Shown piece after piece: positions 1 to 9,644 of a stretch of 64,000 bases of DNA; within the stretch, counting starts at the first letter, position 1, and each line of letters opens with the position of its first letter. Source of the stretch: a virus (taxonomy: Duplodnaviria; Caudoviricetes); IMG/VR virus record IMGVR_UViG_3300028833_000061, positions 64,001 to 128,000 of that record; one strand, 5' to 3'. The position numbers and the translations under genes were made by a program. Below the pieces are notes generated by a model. It saw only the letters and a list, made by a program, of their open reading frames with translations. It was not told where the DNA came from and ran no database searches.

Positions 1-1238
1 TCGGCCCACTCCTGCTGTGCAACTGTGGGCGTCTCTCCCTTCTTCGCAGGCTTGTCAGGCTTCTCAACCTTTGGTTTCATCGGCGAGCCGTCTGACTGCA
101 TGTTCAGTTGGAAGCACCTCTTGCATGGCAGAGGAGGCGATTCGAGCAGGGCCTTCTTGAAGTCTTCCGAGTCTAGATAGTCGTCTACAAGCCAGTACCT
201 GGAGTTGTCGGCCACGCATTTTCCGTATTTCTCTTCCGCGCATTCTATGTAGAAGTGGAACTTGTCAGACTCCTGCAGAGCAGGAGGCGTCAGTGCATAA
301 AACTTGGTCTTTGAATATTTTCCGTCTACAAGAAGCGGGGCGTGCGTAACCACGTCAACCAGTTCCCATCCCGCAAAAGCCGTAATCGTAGGCTCGCAGG
401 ACCATCTGTTCATTTCCAGCCACCTGTCAGAACCCGTGGCCGCAGCGTGCGGCGTCGGTTCAATGTGAACCGACCCGCAGACGACGCACACCGGAGCGCC
501 TGGCTCCATGCACGCCTTTCCGTTGGCGGCAACCTTCAAAACCGGATTCCTCAGCTGTGTGCCTACCGATGCCACTATCCTGTACCTGTCGAACATGTCG
601 TTCGTGCTCGGATCGTTTCCCGATATCTTTACGTCAATCGGCAATCCGAACTTCCTGCACATGAATACCTTGAACAGGAACAGGTGGAACAGAGAACAGT
701 TCTGCCCGTATGTGTATGGCCTTGGACGTCTTGCGAGAAGCTCCTCGTCCTCCGCCCTGTGTGCGAGCATGTGGGCCAGCTCAAGCAGCTTCCAGCCTTT
801 TGGATCCAGCACAAGATCCAACAGCCAGTCGCCTTTCGGCCGCCTGTACTCGCTCTCTGGCGTCACACGTCCTATGTGGCTCAGGTCGATCATCGTCTTG
901 TTCTGCCAGGTGTCGTTGATATGCCTTGGAACCGGCAGGTTCTTCAGCAGATACGCCGTGTTTCCCCGCATCTTGGATGCGGGCAGCCCTATGGCCGCAT
1001 CCCAGACGGCAGGCCATCCGCAACCGCTCTCAGCGAGCGGGTCGGCGGATACCAGCTCATCCGGTTTGGAGTTCTTCCAGCGCATCCGCAGCGACGAGTC
1101 TACTATCTCGTCTATTTTGTCGGAATGTGGATACTCAGGGTCGTCGAAAGGATACCCTGGCTCCTCGCTGTTCTTATCGACAGCAAGAAGCTTTGCGGCC
1201 TGATCCTTCCTTGTCTGGAAGAACTCTCGCCAATCCAT
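1..1238 (-). CDS. Hypothetical protein, >412 aa, runs off the left edge of the window
   Basis: Missing from the ORF track. ATG at 1238 (MDWREFFQTRKDQAAKLL...) reads with no stop to position 1, abuts the upstream gene's stop at 1240 and explains the long antisense + ORFs here. Confidence 0.8.
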   Translation of the reverse strand, partial: MDWREFFQTRKDQAAKLLAVDKNSEEPGYPFDDPEYPHSDKIDEIVDSSLRMRWKNSKPDELVSADPLAESGCGWPAVWDAAIGLPASKMRGNTAYLLKNLPVPRHINDTWQNKTMIDLSHIGRVTPESEYRRPKGDWLLDLVLDPKGWKLLELAHMLAHRAEDEELLARRPRPYTYGQNCSLFHLFLFKVFMCRKFGLPIDVKISGNDPSTNDMFDRYRIVASVGTQLRNPVLKVAANGKACMEPGAPVCVVCGSVHIEPTPHAAATGSDRWLEMNRWSCEPTITAFAGWELVDVVTHAPLLVDGKYSKTKFYALTPPALQESDKFHFYIECAEEKYGKCVADNSRYWLVDDYLDSEDFKKALLESPPLPCKRCFQLNMQSDGSPMKPKVEKPDKPAKKGETPTVAQQEWA

Positions 1239-1239
1239 G

Positions 1240-1536
1240 CTACGCCCTCGACGCCTCTGCGGGCATGTCGTCAAGCTTGACGTTCATAAGCTCCTCCGCC
1301 TCTTTCAGCGAGGAGTCTCCATACAACGCCTTGATGGTTCTAAGCAACTCTCGTTGATTTGTGATCTTGGTATAGAACTGCGACTGGTAATTCAAGACCA
1401 AAGCCCAGGTGTCACCGTACTTCGTCTTCTCCTTTACCAGACCAGCCGAGGTGATCTTGTCGCCATGGATGAAATCCATTCGACCCTCGGAGGTCCTGAC
1501 TCGCAGAACTTTGTTTTTAGGCGCTTCTAGCTCCAT
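1240..1536 (-). CDS. Hypothetical protein
   Basis: 98 aa ORF, tightly packed, AGAGGT upstream. Confidence 0.75.
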   Translation of the reverse strand: MELEAPKNKVLRVRTSEGRMDFIHGDKITSAGLVKEKTKYGDTWALVLNYQSQFYTKITNQRELLRTIKALYGDSSLKEAEELMNVKLDDMPAEASRA

Positions 1537-1546
1537 TGTCTACCTC

Positions 1547-1969
1547 TTAGTACACGTTCGCTGACGTGTATTCTCCTTCGTATCTCATCTTCTTCAGTAT
1601 AGCCTTGATATTTGATCTCATAGCTATGAATCCGGCATGGCTGTCGAACAGGCTCGGGTGCCCTTCGATCTTTATGCCTGCCTTTTTCAAGCAATATCCA
1701 AGGGCCCTGCAGGCCCTGGACTTCTGGTTAATTCCAAAACTGCCACTATAGTATGTTCCGATCCAGCCTCTTCCGTCGCGTAGTATCAGCTTGCACGACG
1801 TGTAGCATGGCTTGTCGTCGAACAGCGCGATGATGTAGTCGGTCTTGTTGACGTTATCGATACCGCAGGACAGCATAATCCCGGTTGCTGCCGATATCTT
1901 CTTCGTCTCGGAATCTCGATCGATCTGTCTAACTCTTGTAAGTCCATCAGTCGATACCGACAGGGACAT
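1547..1969 (-). CDS. Hypothetical protein
   Basis: Start reassigned to MSLSVSTD (ATG 1969), preceded by AGGAGG. Confidence 0.7.
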   Translation of the reverse strand: MSLSVSTDGLTRVRQIDRDSETKKISAATGIMLSCGIDNVNKTDYIIALFDDKPCYTSCKLILRDGRGWIGTYYSGSFGINQKSRACRALGYCLKKAGIKIEGHPSLFDSHAGFIAMRSNIKAILKKMRYEGEYTSANVY

Positions 1970-2567
1970 ATGGTGCCTCCTCTTTTGGAGATTGATATGA
2001 TTCGTCAATGTCAGGCAGCTCCCACTGCATGTACCTTGCCATGTCATAGAACAGCGGCCTTACAGGCCTGACCCAGATCTGCATCTCTGCCTTTTTGTCG
2101 AGAAGCATAGCCCCCGGCTGCAGAATCCACACCGGAACGGTAGGATTGTCGTGGATGAAGACATATGCACACAGGTGCTTCGGATCGTCCTCTCTAACTA
2201 TCACGATCGATCCTATGCCATGTGTAACGGCCTCTTCCGCGAGGTCGTCAATGTTGTCTTCGACCCATTTCCTTCCGTTTTTGGCCTCTCGTATGTCTAG
2301 CGTAAGATCAGACGGTGTTCCATCTCCAGGGGTGAACGCCCCGTGCGAAACGACGTCAAGTATCTGTCTGACGTGCTGTATAACTGGCGCGTCGTAGTCT
2401 ATGTCGATGCTAAGCGCCCGCTCAACCTGCCAGAACGCGTTTGCCGTATAACCTAGGCCGCGGATTATATGTCTCGCGGCCTGGTCGTCGGCTTTCATGG
2501 TTGCCGAGGTTACGTTGTCCTTGTAGAACTTTCGCCTCTTCAGCCAAGTCTCTCGCGGATCAGCCAT
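1947..2567 (-). CDS. Hypothetical protein
   Basis: 206 aa ORF overlapping both neighbours, phage-like codon usage. Confidence 0.75.
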   Translation of the reverse strand: MADPRETWLKRRKFYKDNVTSATMKADDQAARHIIRGLGYTANAFWQVERALSIDIDYDAPVIQHVRQILDVVSHGAFTPGDGTPSDLTLDIREAKNGRKWVEDNIDDLAEEAVTHGIGSIVIVREDDPKHLCAYVFIHDNPTVPVWILQPGAMLLDKKAEMQIWVRPVRPLFYDMARYMQWELPDIDESYQSPKEEAPYVPVGID

Positions 2568-3000
2568 CTTGCAAATCGGGATGCTCGTCCAGCAGATACA
2601 CGACAGGCAGAACGCTGTTCTTCCTGTACGCCTCGACGACCGCGTCTTCCAGGTCTTCCTTGTAGTGTAGGAGCTCCCATGCCTTGTCCGCGACCCATTG
2701 CTTGTACTTGTCTACGGCGTCTGCAGGAACCCCGGAATTCTTGTATGCCTCCAGCGTCTTGGACAGATCAGAACATATTCTTACGACATCCGGTATCTTC
2801 ATTCCAAGAGATCTCAGTCTTTCGTCGACCAATCTCCTGATCTTGCCCTTGCACTCCGGGCAGAGTCCGTTGCTGTCCAGTATTCGCTCATCTGTATACA
2901 GTTCACGGCACAGCGAACACAGCTGCAGTTTACCCGCGCACTCGCCGTACGGCTTTGGCTTTTCCGACAGGCGGTACGCATCAGGTTCAGGGGTGCTCAT
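2560..3000 (-). CDS. Zinc-finger protein
   Basis: CSLC...CPEC pairs, AAGGAG upstream. Confidence 0.7.
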   Translation of the reverse strand: MSTPEPDAYRLSEKPKPYGECAGKLQLCSLCRELYTDERILDSNGLCPECKGKIRRLVDERLRSLGMKIPDVVRICSDLSKTLEAYKNSGVPADAVDKYKQWVADKAWELLHYKEDLEDAVVEAYRKNSVLPVVYLLDEHPDLQDG

Positions 3001-3310
3001 ATTTCTCCTTCATCGCCTTTGCGAATTCTTCAACCTCGCACTTCATTATGCCCGGATGGCACTTCGGGCATTCTCTCGTGTGCAGAACCTCGTTCTTCTT
3101 GATTACATATCCACTGTCGTGCGGACCTGGCAGTATTCCGCCAATCAGATGTCCGCAGTTCCTGCATACGATGACGGCTACGTCGCCGTACTTCGTACTG
3201 CAGTCGTGGCACCAGCCCGGCCTGTCTCCAGGCCTGGCTATTTCACCGAGAAGAGGCTTTCCACACCACGAGCATAGCGCGGGAGGAAGTTGTTTCTGTT
3301 CCTGTTCCAT
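2987..3310 (-). CDS. Small multi-CxxC zinc-finger protein
   Basis: Likely start MEQEQKQ (3310); CSWC, CHDC, CRNC, CPKC. Confidence 0.7.
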   Translation of the reverse strand: MEQEQKQLPPALCSWCGKPLLGEIARPGDRPGWCHDCSTKYGDVAVIVCRNCGHLIGGILPGPHDSGYVIKKNEVLHTRECPKCHPGIMKCEVEEFAKAMKEKYEHP

Positions 3311-4107
3311 CAGCACTTGAAGAAGAGAAGTTGGTTGCCTTCGGTTATACACTGTCGGCACTTGGAGCAGCCTCCTTCGAGGTTCATCCTTCCAGCGTCG
3401 ACAGGACAGCATGTTATACGCGTCTTGTCCAGCCACGTCAACACGTCCTTGTCCTTTGTAGTCCTCTTCAAGTCGTCGATCTTGTTCGTGTAGTCCTCGA
3501 GCTCCTTGCCCATGTAGGCTATCTTGTACTTGGGACTCTGGTACATTTTCTTGTCGACGAACGTCTTCCATGCCTGCTTCCAGTTGCAATGGTCTGCAGA
3601 CAGGTACAGTATGAGATTAGGAGCCTTCATCAGTATGTCGGCATATTCGAACGATCTAGTGTACGTCCAGAACTTTATGTGAGGAAACTTCTTCATGGCG
3701 GACACGAGAGCCTTGGCGTACTCTATGTTGAATACATCGCCAGACCAGTGCAGCCTGAAATATGCGTAGTCCTCGTAGTTCTTTCCGTTCTTCTTGGCCC
3801 AGGCTTTCGTCTTGGCTTCGAAGTCCTCGATCGTCTCGACTAGCTCCTTGCGTATGTCGGCCTGCGTTCCTTGGAGCTTCTTGGTGTTGTCGTCCAGCAC
3901 CTTTCCGGCTCCCTTGAAGCACTTGGCCAGGCAGAAGGCATAGCAGGTCGGATTCTTCTTTCCTTCCGGGATATGGAAGCACCCTCCCTTCTCCTTCGTG
4001 CAGCCGGGACATGTACCTCCAAGGCATGGAGGCCCGGCATTAAGACCATAACTGTTTTCGTGCGTCGGGTAGAATCTGACCTTTCGGTCGCACGCCAGCC
4101 GGAGCAT
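3310..4107 (-). CDS. GP88-family (radical-SAM-like, Cys-rich) phage protein
   Basis: TCPGCT..GGC..CYA, FRLHWSGD, FWTYTRS, NLILYLSAD and C-terminal CP..CSKCRQC match the phage gene-product-88 pattern. Confidence 0.75.
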   Translation of the reverse strand: MLRLACDRKVRFYPTHENSYGLNAGPPCLGGTCPGCTKEKGGCFHIPEGKKNPTCYAFCLAKCFKGAGKVLDDNTKKLQGTQADIRKELVETIEDFEAKTKAWAKKNGKNYEDYAYFRLHWSGDVFNIEYAKALVSAMKKFPHIKFWTYTRSFEYADILMKAPNLILYLSADHCNWKQAWKTFVDKKMYQSPKYKIAYMGKELEDYTNKIDDLKRTTKDKDVLTWLDKTRITCCPVDAGRMNLEGGCSKCRQCITEGNQLLFFKC

Positions 4108-4301
4108 TATTTCATCTCCTCGACCGGCTGCTCCTCCGCTTGTTGAACAGGATTCAGCTGATCCGCGTCAACCTCGTAGAGGTCCTTCTTTCCATCTCCG
4201 CACAGTTCGCAGATGTGATTCATATACGGCTTTTCGACATCGATCTCGATGCCGTTCGCCTCTGCACAGTCTGCGCAAATGTATCTCTTGTCCGATTCCA
4301 T
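4107..4301 (-). CDS. Small zinc-finger protein
   Basis: CADC...CELC, 64 aa. Confidence 0.6.
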   Translation of the reverse strand: MESDKRYICADCAEANGIEIDVEKPYMNHICELCGDGKKDLYEVDADQLNPVQQAEEQPVEEMK

Positions 4302-4375
4302 CTGTTTTGCTTTTCATTTGTACTGCCTCCTGTTTCCAGGCCAGCTCCAGCTCTAGCAAGACAGATGGGTTTGAT

Positions 4376-4588
4376 TTACTTTTCCTTGGCTTTCTTTTCT
4401 TCGACCGGCAGCTGCTCCAAGGTTCCTTCCAGTTCTTCCTGGAGTCCCTTCAGAGTATCGTTATACTGCTGCATGGCCGCCTTCTTCGCCGACTTGGTGG
4501 ATAGGATCTGGCGGTTCAGTTCCGCGATCCTGTCCTTCAGCTCGGCAGGCGTTCTCTGGATTTTAGGTGCTTCTTCAGGCATTTGCAA
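4376..4588 (-). CDS. Small coiled-coil protein
   Basis: 70 aa, heptad-like K/E/L composition. Confidence 0.65.
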   Translation of the reverse strand: MQMPEEAPKIQRTPAELKDRIAELNRQILSTKSAKKAAMQQYNDTLKGLQEELEGTLEQLPVEEKKAKEK

Positions 4589-5147
4589 TCTCCGTTGCGT
4601 AGTTCAAATTAGCGTACTGGCTGTATATATTGCGCAGTCCTTCCATGTACTGGCAGATTCCCTGCTCGCATACCGGATCTCCCGACATGACGCATTCGTA
4701 TCTGTCGTTTTCGGAATAGTACTTGTCTCCAAGACCCATGAACTCGAATGCGTCCTTTTCCTCGACTGTGACATCCTTTATCCAGGCGCACTGTGTGAAT
4801 ATCCTGGAGATGTCGCAGACCATAGCGTCCTGCCACTTCTTCGTAGTAGGCTGCATGTACCTATAGAACGACAGACCCTTTCTGAAGAAGTTGACCATGA
4901 TGATGCCGAACTGAAGGCCGGCTTCCCAGCCAGTCGGCACTATAGGCCTGGTAGGCATGTTTCTGGCCTGCTGAGCTCCGCAGATCCTTGTCAGGTCGGC
5001 GTGCAGGTCCTCCCACAGAGTCTCTCCCTTGAACGTTCTCACGCCAAGTTCATTCCCGTGCGGTATTCCGACATGCACGGCGGCCACGGGGGTGAGGTGC
5101 CCCCGTGGCTCGGCCGGTTCACGAGTTACGCTGATATATATGTTCAT
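4575..5147 (-). CDS. Hypothetical protein
   Basis: 190 aa ORF, ATGA overlap with upstream gene. Confidence 0.7.
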   Translation of the reverse strand: MNIYISVTREPAEPRGHLTPVAAVHVGIPHGNELGVRTFKGETLWEDLHADLTRICGAQQARNMPTRPIVPTGWEAGLQFGIIMVNFFRKGLSFYRYMQPTTKKWQDAMVCDISRIFTQCAWIKDVTVEEKDAFEFMGLGDKYYSENDRYECVMSGDPVCEQGICQYMEGLRNIYSQYANLNYATEIANA

Positions 5148-5395
5148 TCAGCGTCCGGCACGCCGTCGTCTGTCGCCACCCTACCCAGGATCTTTTCTGT
5201 ATACTCCTGGATCGCGTCGATCAGATTCTGCTCGGTGTCTTCGATGAGACCCCTGAGCGACGTGTTGTTCTTCAGGGCGTCAGCCGACGGCTTCTCCTTC
5301 GGGTCCTTGCGAGAGATCCCGGCAGGAACGCTTACGGTTACTGAATCGTGACCATACTTTCCGTCCGTGACAGTGACGTTGATTTCGATCCTCAT
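5144..5395 (-). CDS. Hypothetical protein
   Basis: 83 aa, TAATG coupling to upstream gene. Confidence 0.7.
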   Translation of the reverse strand: MRIEINVTVTDGKYGHDSVTVSVPAGISRKDPKEKPSADALKNNTSLRGLIEDTEQNLIDAIQEYTEKILGRVATDDGVPDAE

Positions 5396-5985
5396 TAGTC
5401 GTTCTCCTGTTCGCGCTTAGCGCGACGTTCTTCGAGCTGTTTGCGCAGACCTGCCGCGAGTGCTTCGATAAGCTCGTCCGCAGGACGCTCGTTCTTGTTG
5501 TGGCGAACCGCGGCCGCAAGAGCGGGTCCGCGCTTTCCTCCCCTGAATTCGATCTCCCTCTCGAGAGACTCGATAGTGACACGCTTCCTTCCATACCCGT
5601 CCACCTTGGCGGCAGCGAGCCTTCCCTTGCTCAGGAGCACGGAGGCAGCATTGTACGCCACTCCGAGCCGCTTGGCCGCCTCAGACAGGTCGATGGTTGT
5701 TCCGAGGGACACGACGAGCTTGCGCACGTCCTCGATGTTGACTCCGACCGCATACGTGCGTCCGGGCAGCATCACGCGCCTGACGACGCCAGCCTTCACA
5801 TATCCGTATAGCTGGGCGTACGACAGGCCTGCGAGCCGTGCTGCTTCCTGCATTGTGCAGACGTCTGTGAATCCGTCCTCGTTGGCCTGTAGAACCTGGC
5901 CGTTCATGGACTCCTTCATATTGCGCTTCTGGCGCTTTCCGAGGGAGTCGTATACGCTGTTCAGATGTTTCGAGATTTTGCTCAT
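5395..5985 (-). CDS. Tandem excisionase/MerR-like HTH DNA-binding protein
   Basis: Two repeats: TMQEAARLAGLSYAQLYGYVKAG and DLSEAAKRLGVAYNAASVLLSKGRL. Confidence 0.75.
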   Translation of the reverse strand: MSKISKHLNSVYDSLGKRQKRNMKESMNGQVLQANEDGFTDVCTMQEAARLAGLSYAQLYGYVKAGVVRRVMLPGRTYAVGVNIEDVRKLVVSLGTTIDLSEAAKRLGVAYNAASVLLSKGRLAAAKVDGYGRKRVTIESLEREIEFRGGKRGPALAAAVRHNKNERPADELIEALAAGLRKQLEERRAKREQEND

Positions 5986-7079
5986 GACTGTTTCTTCTGT
6001 TGCTCGTTGTTCATGAATGTTTCAGCTATTTCGCTTGTCTTCTCAGGGTTGTGGAGCATCTCCAGCAGCAGCTCGTAGACGTCCGTTCCCTTCTCGAAAT
6101 AATCCTCGACCACAGACTCAAGCGACACGATCTGGTTGTCCCGGTCAATCTCTTCGACGGTGAATTCATCACCGTACGGGATGAGCCGGACCAGGGCACC
6201 GATCTTCTTCATCGACTGTTCGATTCCGGCGATTGCGCCGTCAATATCGTTCCTCACGCGAACGATGTTCATCGAGTACTGGATATCCTTGTCATTGTCG
6301 AAGTCCCCAAGGAACTTCGCATAGTCCTCCTTGGTGTCGATCCTGATCTCGTTGAACTTCCGCGTCGGTATGGGGATGTCTTCGCAAGCCATAAGCTCTG
6401 CGTCGTTGAACTGGACAAGGAATACCTTCTTGTCCTTCTCCTCGTTCAACGATCCAACTTCCGTGGAGCCTGGCTGCAGGAATGTAACCCTGTGCCCGTC
6501 ATACTCAACGTCCTTGCGCATGTGCTGGTGGATGTGGCCGACCAGCACGGTGTGGGTCTTCATTCGCTTCAGGAAAGGCATGACGTTCTCGAACGTCAGC
6601 TCGGCGGCGAACGGATCGCCCATCTCGGCAAATCCGCAATGAAGAACAAGCACCGGTATGCGCAGATTCTCGTTCTCGCACATGAGCGCCACCTCCTCCA
6701 GCTTCTCGAGAAGAAGCGACGGCTTCAGATAGTCGATGCCGTACACACCGAGAGACGAATCATAGTCCTGCTGGCCCAGAGGCGTTACGCCGCACACATA
6801 CAGCCACTCTCCAGTGCCCACGCGATCGTGGTTTCCCTCGATCCCGAACACAGGCGCGTTGCATGTGTCGACTCCGTCCTTCAGAGTTGCAACTGCCTTG
6901 GCCTGCGGTCTGCTTATGTCGAATATGTCTCCGGCAAGAACGACGGCGTCAACGGCGTGATAGTTGGCCTTGTCGAATACAACCGACGCGGCCGAATAGA
7001 AGTCCTCTTCTCTGTCCTTAAGGCCGTACATCCTGTCGCCAAGATGCAGATCGGCCGCAAAAAGCATTGTGTGTTCCAT
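5982..7079 (-). CDS. sbcD: Mre11/SbcD-like DNA repair nuclease
   Basis: ADLHLG, LAGDIFD, GNHD, GHIH and PGS metallophosphoesterase motifs. Confidence 0.88.
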   Translation of the reverse strand: MEHTMLFAADLHLGDRMYGLKDREEDFYSAASVVFDKANYHAVDAVVLAGDIFDISRPQAKAVATLKDGVDTCNAPVFGIEGNHDRVGTGEWLYVCGVTPLGQQDYDSSLGVYGIDYLKPSLLLEKLEEVALMCENENLRIPVLVLHCGFAEMGDPFAAELTFENVMPFLKRMKTHTVLVGHIHQHMRKDVEYDGHRVTFLQPGSTEVGSLNEEKDKKVFLVQFNDAELMACEDIPIPTRKFNEIRIDTKEDYAKFLGDFDNDKDIQYSMNIVRVRNDIDGAIAGIEQSMKKIGALVRLIPYGDEFTVEEIDRDNQIVSLESVVEDYFEKGTDVYELLLEMLHNPEKTSEIAETFMNNEQQKKQS

Positions 7080-8257
7080 TAGACTACGCAGCTTAGTACT
7101 TCGAGTTCTGCAAGACTGAACGGCGATATCGCCGACACGTACTCCTGTGCATAATACTTCTCCGCTCCATTGTCGCGGGCAAGCTTTGCGAATTCGCTGG
7201 AATAGAGGAAGAATTTGAATTCGTCTCGCTTTGCATACGTGTCGAACATGTGCTTGATCGAGATCCTATCGATGAACTTGCCGCAATCTATCGGCTTGAA
7301 CTTGGCAGTCGTATCCTTCCTTATGCCGACAGCATACGTGTACATGTCGCGATCAAGCCAGGCCGATAGCCTCTGCGACAGATACCTTCCGGAGAAGTTC
7401 GCCATCGCATCAACATACCACCACTTATCGAGCCCGAGATTGTCAAGGCTGTCGACGTACGTCTTATACGTGTACACCGATGTGCCTCTTTTAGGCTCGA
7501 GCTTTCTGATCGCGTGGACGAAAGCGCCCTCGCGATCGGTAGCGTCGACAGCCTGCGGAATGTCTGATACTACGATTCCTGTTACGGCCTCATCCTTCTT
7601 GACCTCTCTGGATCTGTCGTCTATCCTGGATGACTTGCACATATTGAACGCCTTGACTTCGCTGTGCTTCCACGTGTCGGGAGATATTACGACTGGAAAT
7701 ACTACCAGCTTGTGCTTTCGATCCTCTTCCTCGTTGTAATATGATATCTCGCAGTCTATGTTGTCTCGGAAGAAGTCAAGCACGTCTGGATGCCTTCCAC
7801 AGTACTGCGCGTCGCAGATTCCGTAGATGTACGTCATCGCGTCATGGCTCATCGGCGGCACCTTGTTTCCCTTGCTGTCACGCCCTACTATATGCGCGTT
7901 GTACACGTGCTTAAGAACGTTGTCCAGCCGCTCTATGCCCTTGTAAGGCATTCCTAGAGGGATGATGTCCTCCTTGTCGTCCATGACGTAGAACGTAGCG
8001 TAGTCTGTCAGGCACAGCGGGCAGGTGGCAGCCTTGTAGAACTCGGCCGTCGGCGACACATGCATAAGTCCGACCTTTCCATCCGCCCTTTCCACGGTAT
8101 TCCACGCCGAGCTCTGCCCCCACGGGCACGTCGTCGAGAAATACCTGGAGTTCATCGGGTTGGTCAGTATCTTCCTGACCTTTCTGATGTTTTTCATCGC
8201 GGCAGTCTCGACGATCTTCTTCGTCTCGAAGAGACCTTCCGGGATTGCATCGTGCAT
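7079..8257 (-). CDS. Hypothetical protein
   Basis: 392 aa ORF, AAGGAG upstream. Confidence 0.8.
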   Translation of the reverse strand: MHDAIPEGLFETKKIVETAAMKNIRKVRKILTNPMNSRYFSTTCPWGQSSAWNTVERADGKVGLMHVSPTAEFYKAATCPLCLTDYATFYVMDDKEDIIPLGMPYKGIERLDNVLKHVYNAHIVGRDSKGNKVPPMSHDAMTYIYGICDAQYCGRHPDVLDFFRDNIDCEISYYNEEEDRKHKLVVFPVVISPDTWKHSEVKAFNMCKSSRIDDRSREVKKDEAVTGIVVSDIPQAVDATDREGAFVHAIRKLEPKRGTSVYTYKTYVDSLDNLGLDKWWYVDAMANFSGRYLSQRLSAWLDRDMYTYAVGIRKDTTAKFKPIDCGKFIDRISIKHMFDTYAKRDEFKFFLYSSEFAKLARDNGAEKYYAQEYVSAISPFSLAELEVLSCVV

Positions 8258-8274
8258 CTATCTCTAGCTCCTTT

Positions 8275-8306
8275 AAAAAGGCCCCCTCCGTTTTACGGGA
8301 GGGGGC
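8275..8306 (-). terminator. Intrinsic terminator after the recA-like gene
   Basis: Minus strand GCCCCCTCC-cgtaaaac-GGAGGGGGC followed by CTTTTT. Confidence 0.8.
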
Positions 8307-8314
8307 ATTGTGTA

Positions 8315-9634
8315 TCATTCGTCCTGGTCGAAGTCCTCGCGCATGAAATCCTTCGTCTTGCGCTTTGGCTTCGTATCCTCCTGTTCCTGTTCGTCCAGGT
8401 CAGGAGGTCCCTCATAAGACTTCTCCCAGGAATGGCCGAATCCGCGGATTCGCATCTTCTCCCTGCATGACATAAGCAGGTCTTCGTTGTCATAGAACGC
8501 ACGCACGAACTCCTCCTCGTTGGCGAACGACGGCTGAGTCTTGTCGCGCAGAGCAGTACACGTTATTCCGTGTGAATGCTTGTAGCACTCGTACGGTTGT
8601 CCGTTTGCGTCAAGCAACGCGTGCGTCTTCGACTTGAACGGCGAATTGGCCGAATTCAACAGAAAATCGGCATCCGTGTGAATCATGTCGAAACCGTCCG
8701 TGTTGGACAGATACAGATCGATGCTGCGGTAGCGCGGGCTCCACTTGTTCTTGAACGTGGACAGATGCAATACGTCTCCCAGTTCCTGGCCCTTCGCCTT
8801 GTCATACCACCTGGATGCGTTGCCGAAATCGATGCCGAAGGTGCTGTAGATGCCGATCGCCTCCGCGGCAATCGACGTCTTCTTCGGCCCGGCCATCGCC
8901 GCCATTCCAGTCTCGATCTTCACCGTCTCCTGAGTTGTAAGGAACAGGGCCGTCTGCGTCGTCCTGAACCGCTGCACGCGCGAGGAGAAGAACTTTCTCA
9001 TCGCTCTCGCGGTGCTGCCTATTCCAGTGACCTTTCCGACGTCGATGACGTCCTGCTCCGCTTCCTTCTCGGATGCCAATGCCGACAGCGAGTCTATTCC
9101 TATTAGAATGGGACACTCGCAATCCTTGTCGACCGGCTCTGTGAATTTCGTCTTTATGCTTCTGCCGAGCTCGCCTACCATGCCGCCGAAGCCGCCGCGT
9201 ATCTCGCAGATGAGCGTGTCCACTTGCGACAGCGCGTCGTCAAGCGAATTGCTCTCCACCTGCAGCAGCTCGTTCGGATTCGCGCCGATCATCACGACGC
9301 GATCCGCAGGCATTGGCGCTCCCTCGGTCTCGATATGGAAGCAGAATGCATTGCTCTTCTTCTGGGCCGCTCCGTACTGAAGATACATGTACGAAGACTT
9401 GCCCTTCGAATAAGTCGCTCTCAGCTGGGTCACACGTCCCGCTATGAACCCTCTGGCCCCTATGAACCACTCCTGGGAGATGGTCGGCAGGCCTGTCTTA
9501 GGGTCGCAGAAATCGAGGTACCGCACATTCTTCATCATATCGGAAGCGGTCTCGATGCCCGTGTTGTTCTCTGAGAGCCTTTGTATCAGCGCCTGCATCT
9601 TGGATACAGGCAGCTCCTTCTTTCTTGGACTCAT
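8315..9634 (-). CDS. RecA/UvsX-like recombinase
   Basis: GRVTQLRATYSKGKS (Walker A), HIETEG, IGIDSLSAL (Walker B), FKNKWSP; adjacent to the SSB. Confidence 0.85.
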   Translation of the reverse strand: MSPRKKELPVSKMQALIQRLSENNTGIETASDMMKNVRYLDFCDPKTGLPTISQEWFIGARGFIAGRVTQLRATYSKGKSSYMYLQYGAAQKKSNAFCFHIETEGAPMPADRVVMIGANPNELLQVESNSLDDALSQVDTLICEIRGGFGGMVGELGRSIKTKFTEPVDKDCECPILIGIDSLSALASEKEAEQDVIDVGKVTGIGSTARAMRKFFSSRVQRFRTTQTALFLTTQETVKIETGMAAMAGPKKTSIAAEAIGIYSTFGIDFGNASRWYDKAKGQELGDVLHLSTFKNKWSPRYRSIDLYLSNTDGFDMIHTDADFLLNSANSPFKSKTHALLDANGQPYECYKHSHGITCTALRDKTQPSFANEEEFVRAFYDNEDLLMSCREKMRIRGFGHSWEKSYEGPPDLDEQEQEDTKPKRKTKDFMREDFDQDE

Positions 9635-9644
9635 GGCCTACCTC

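Noticed and set aside
9390-9440. RecA Walker A (ATYSKGKS) as a dead ATPase
   Set aside because: It still fits [AG]xxxxGK[ST], and the catalytic Glu and Walker B Asp are present.
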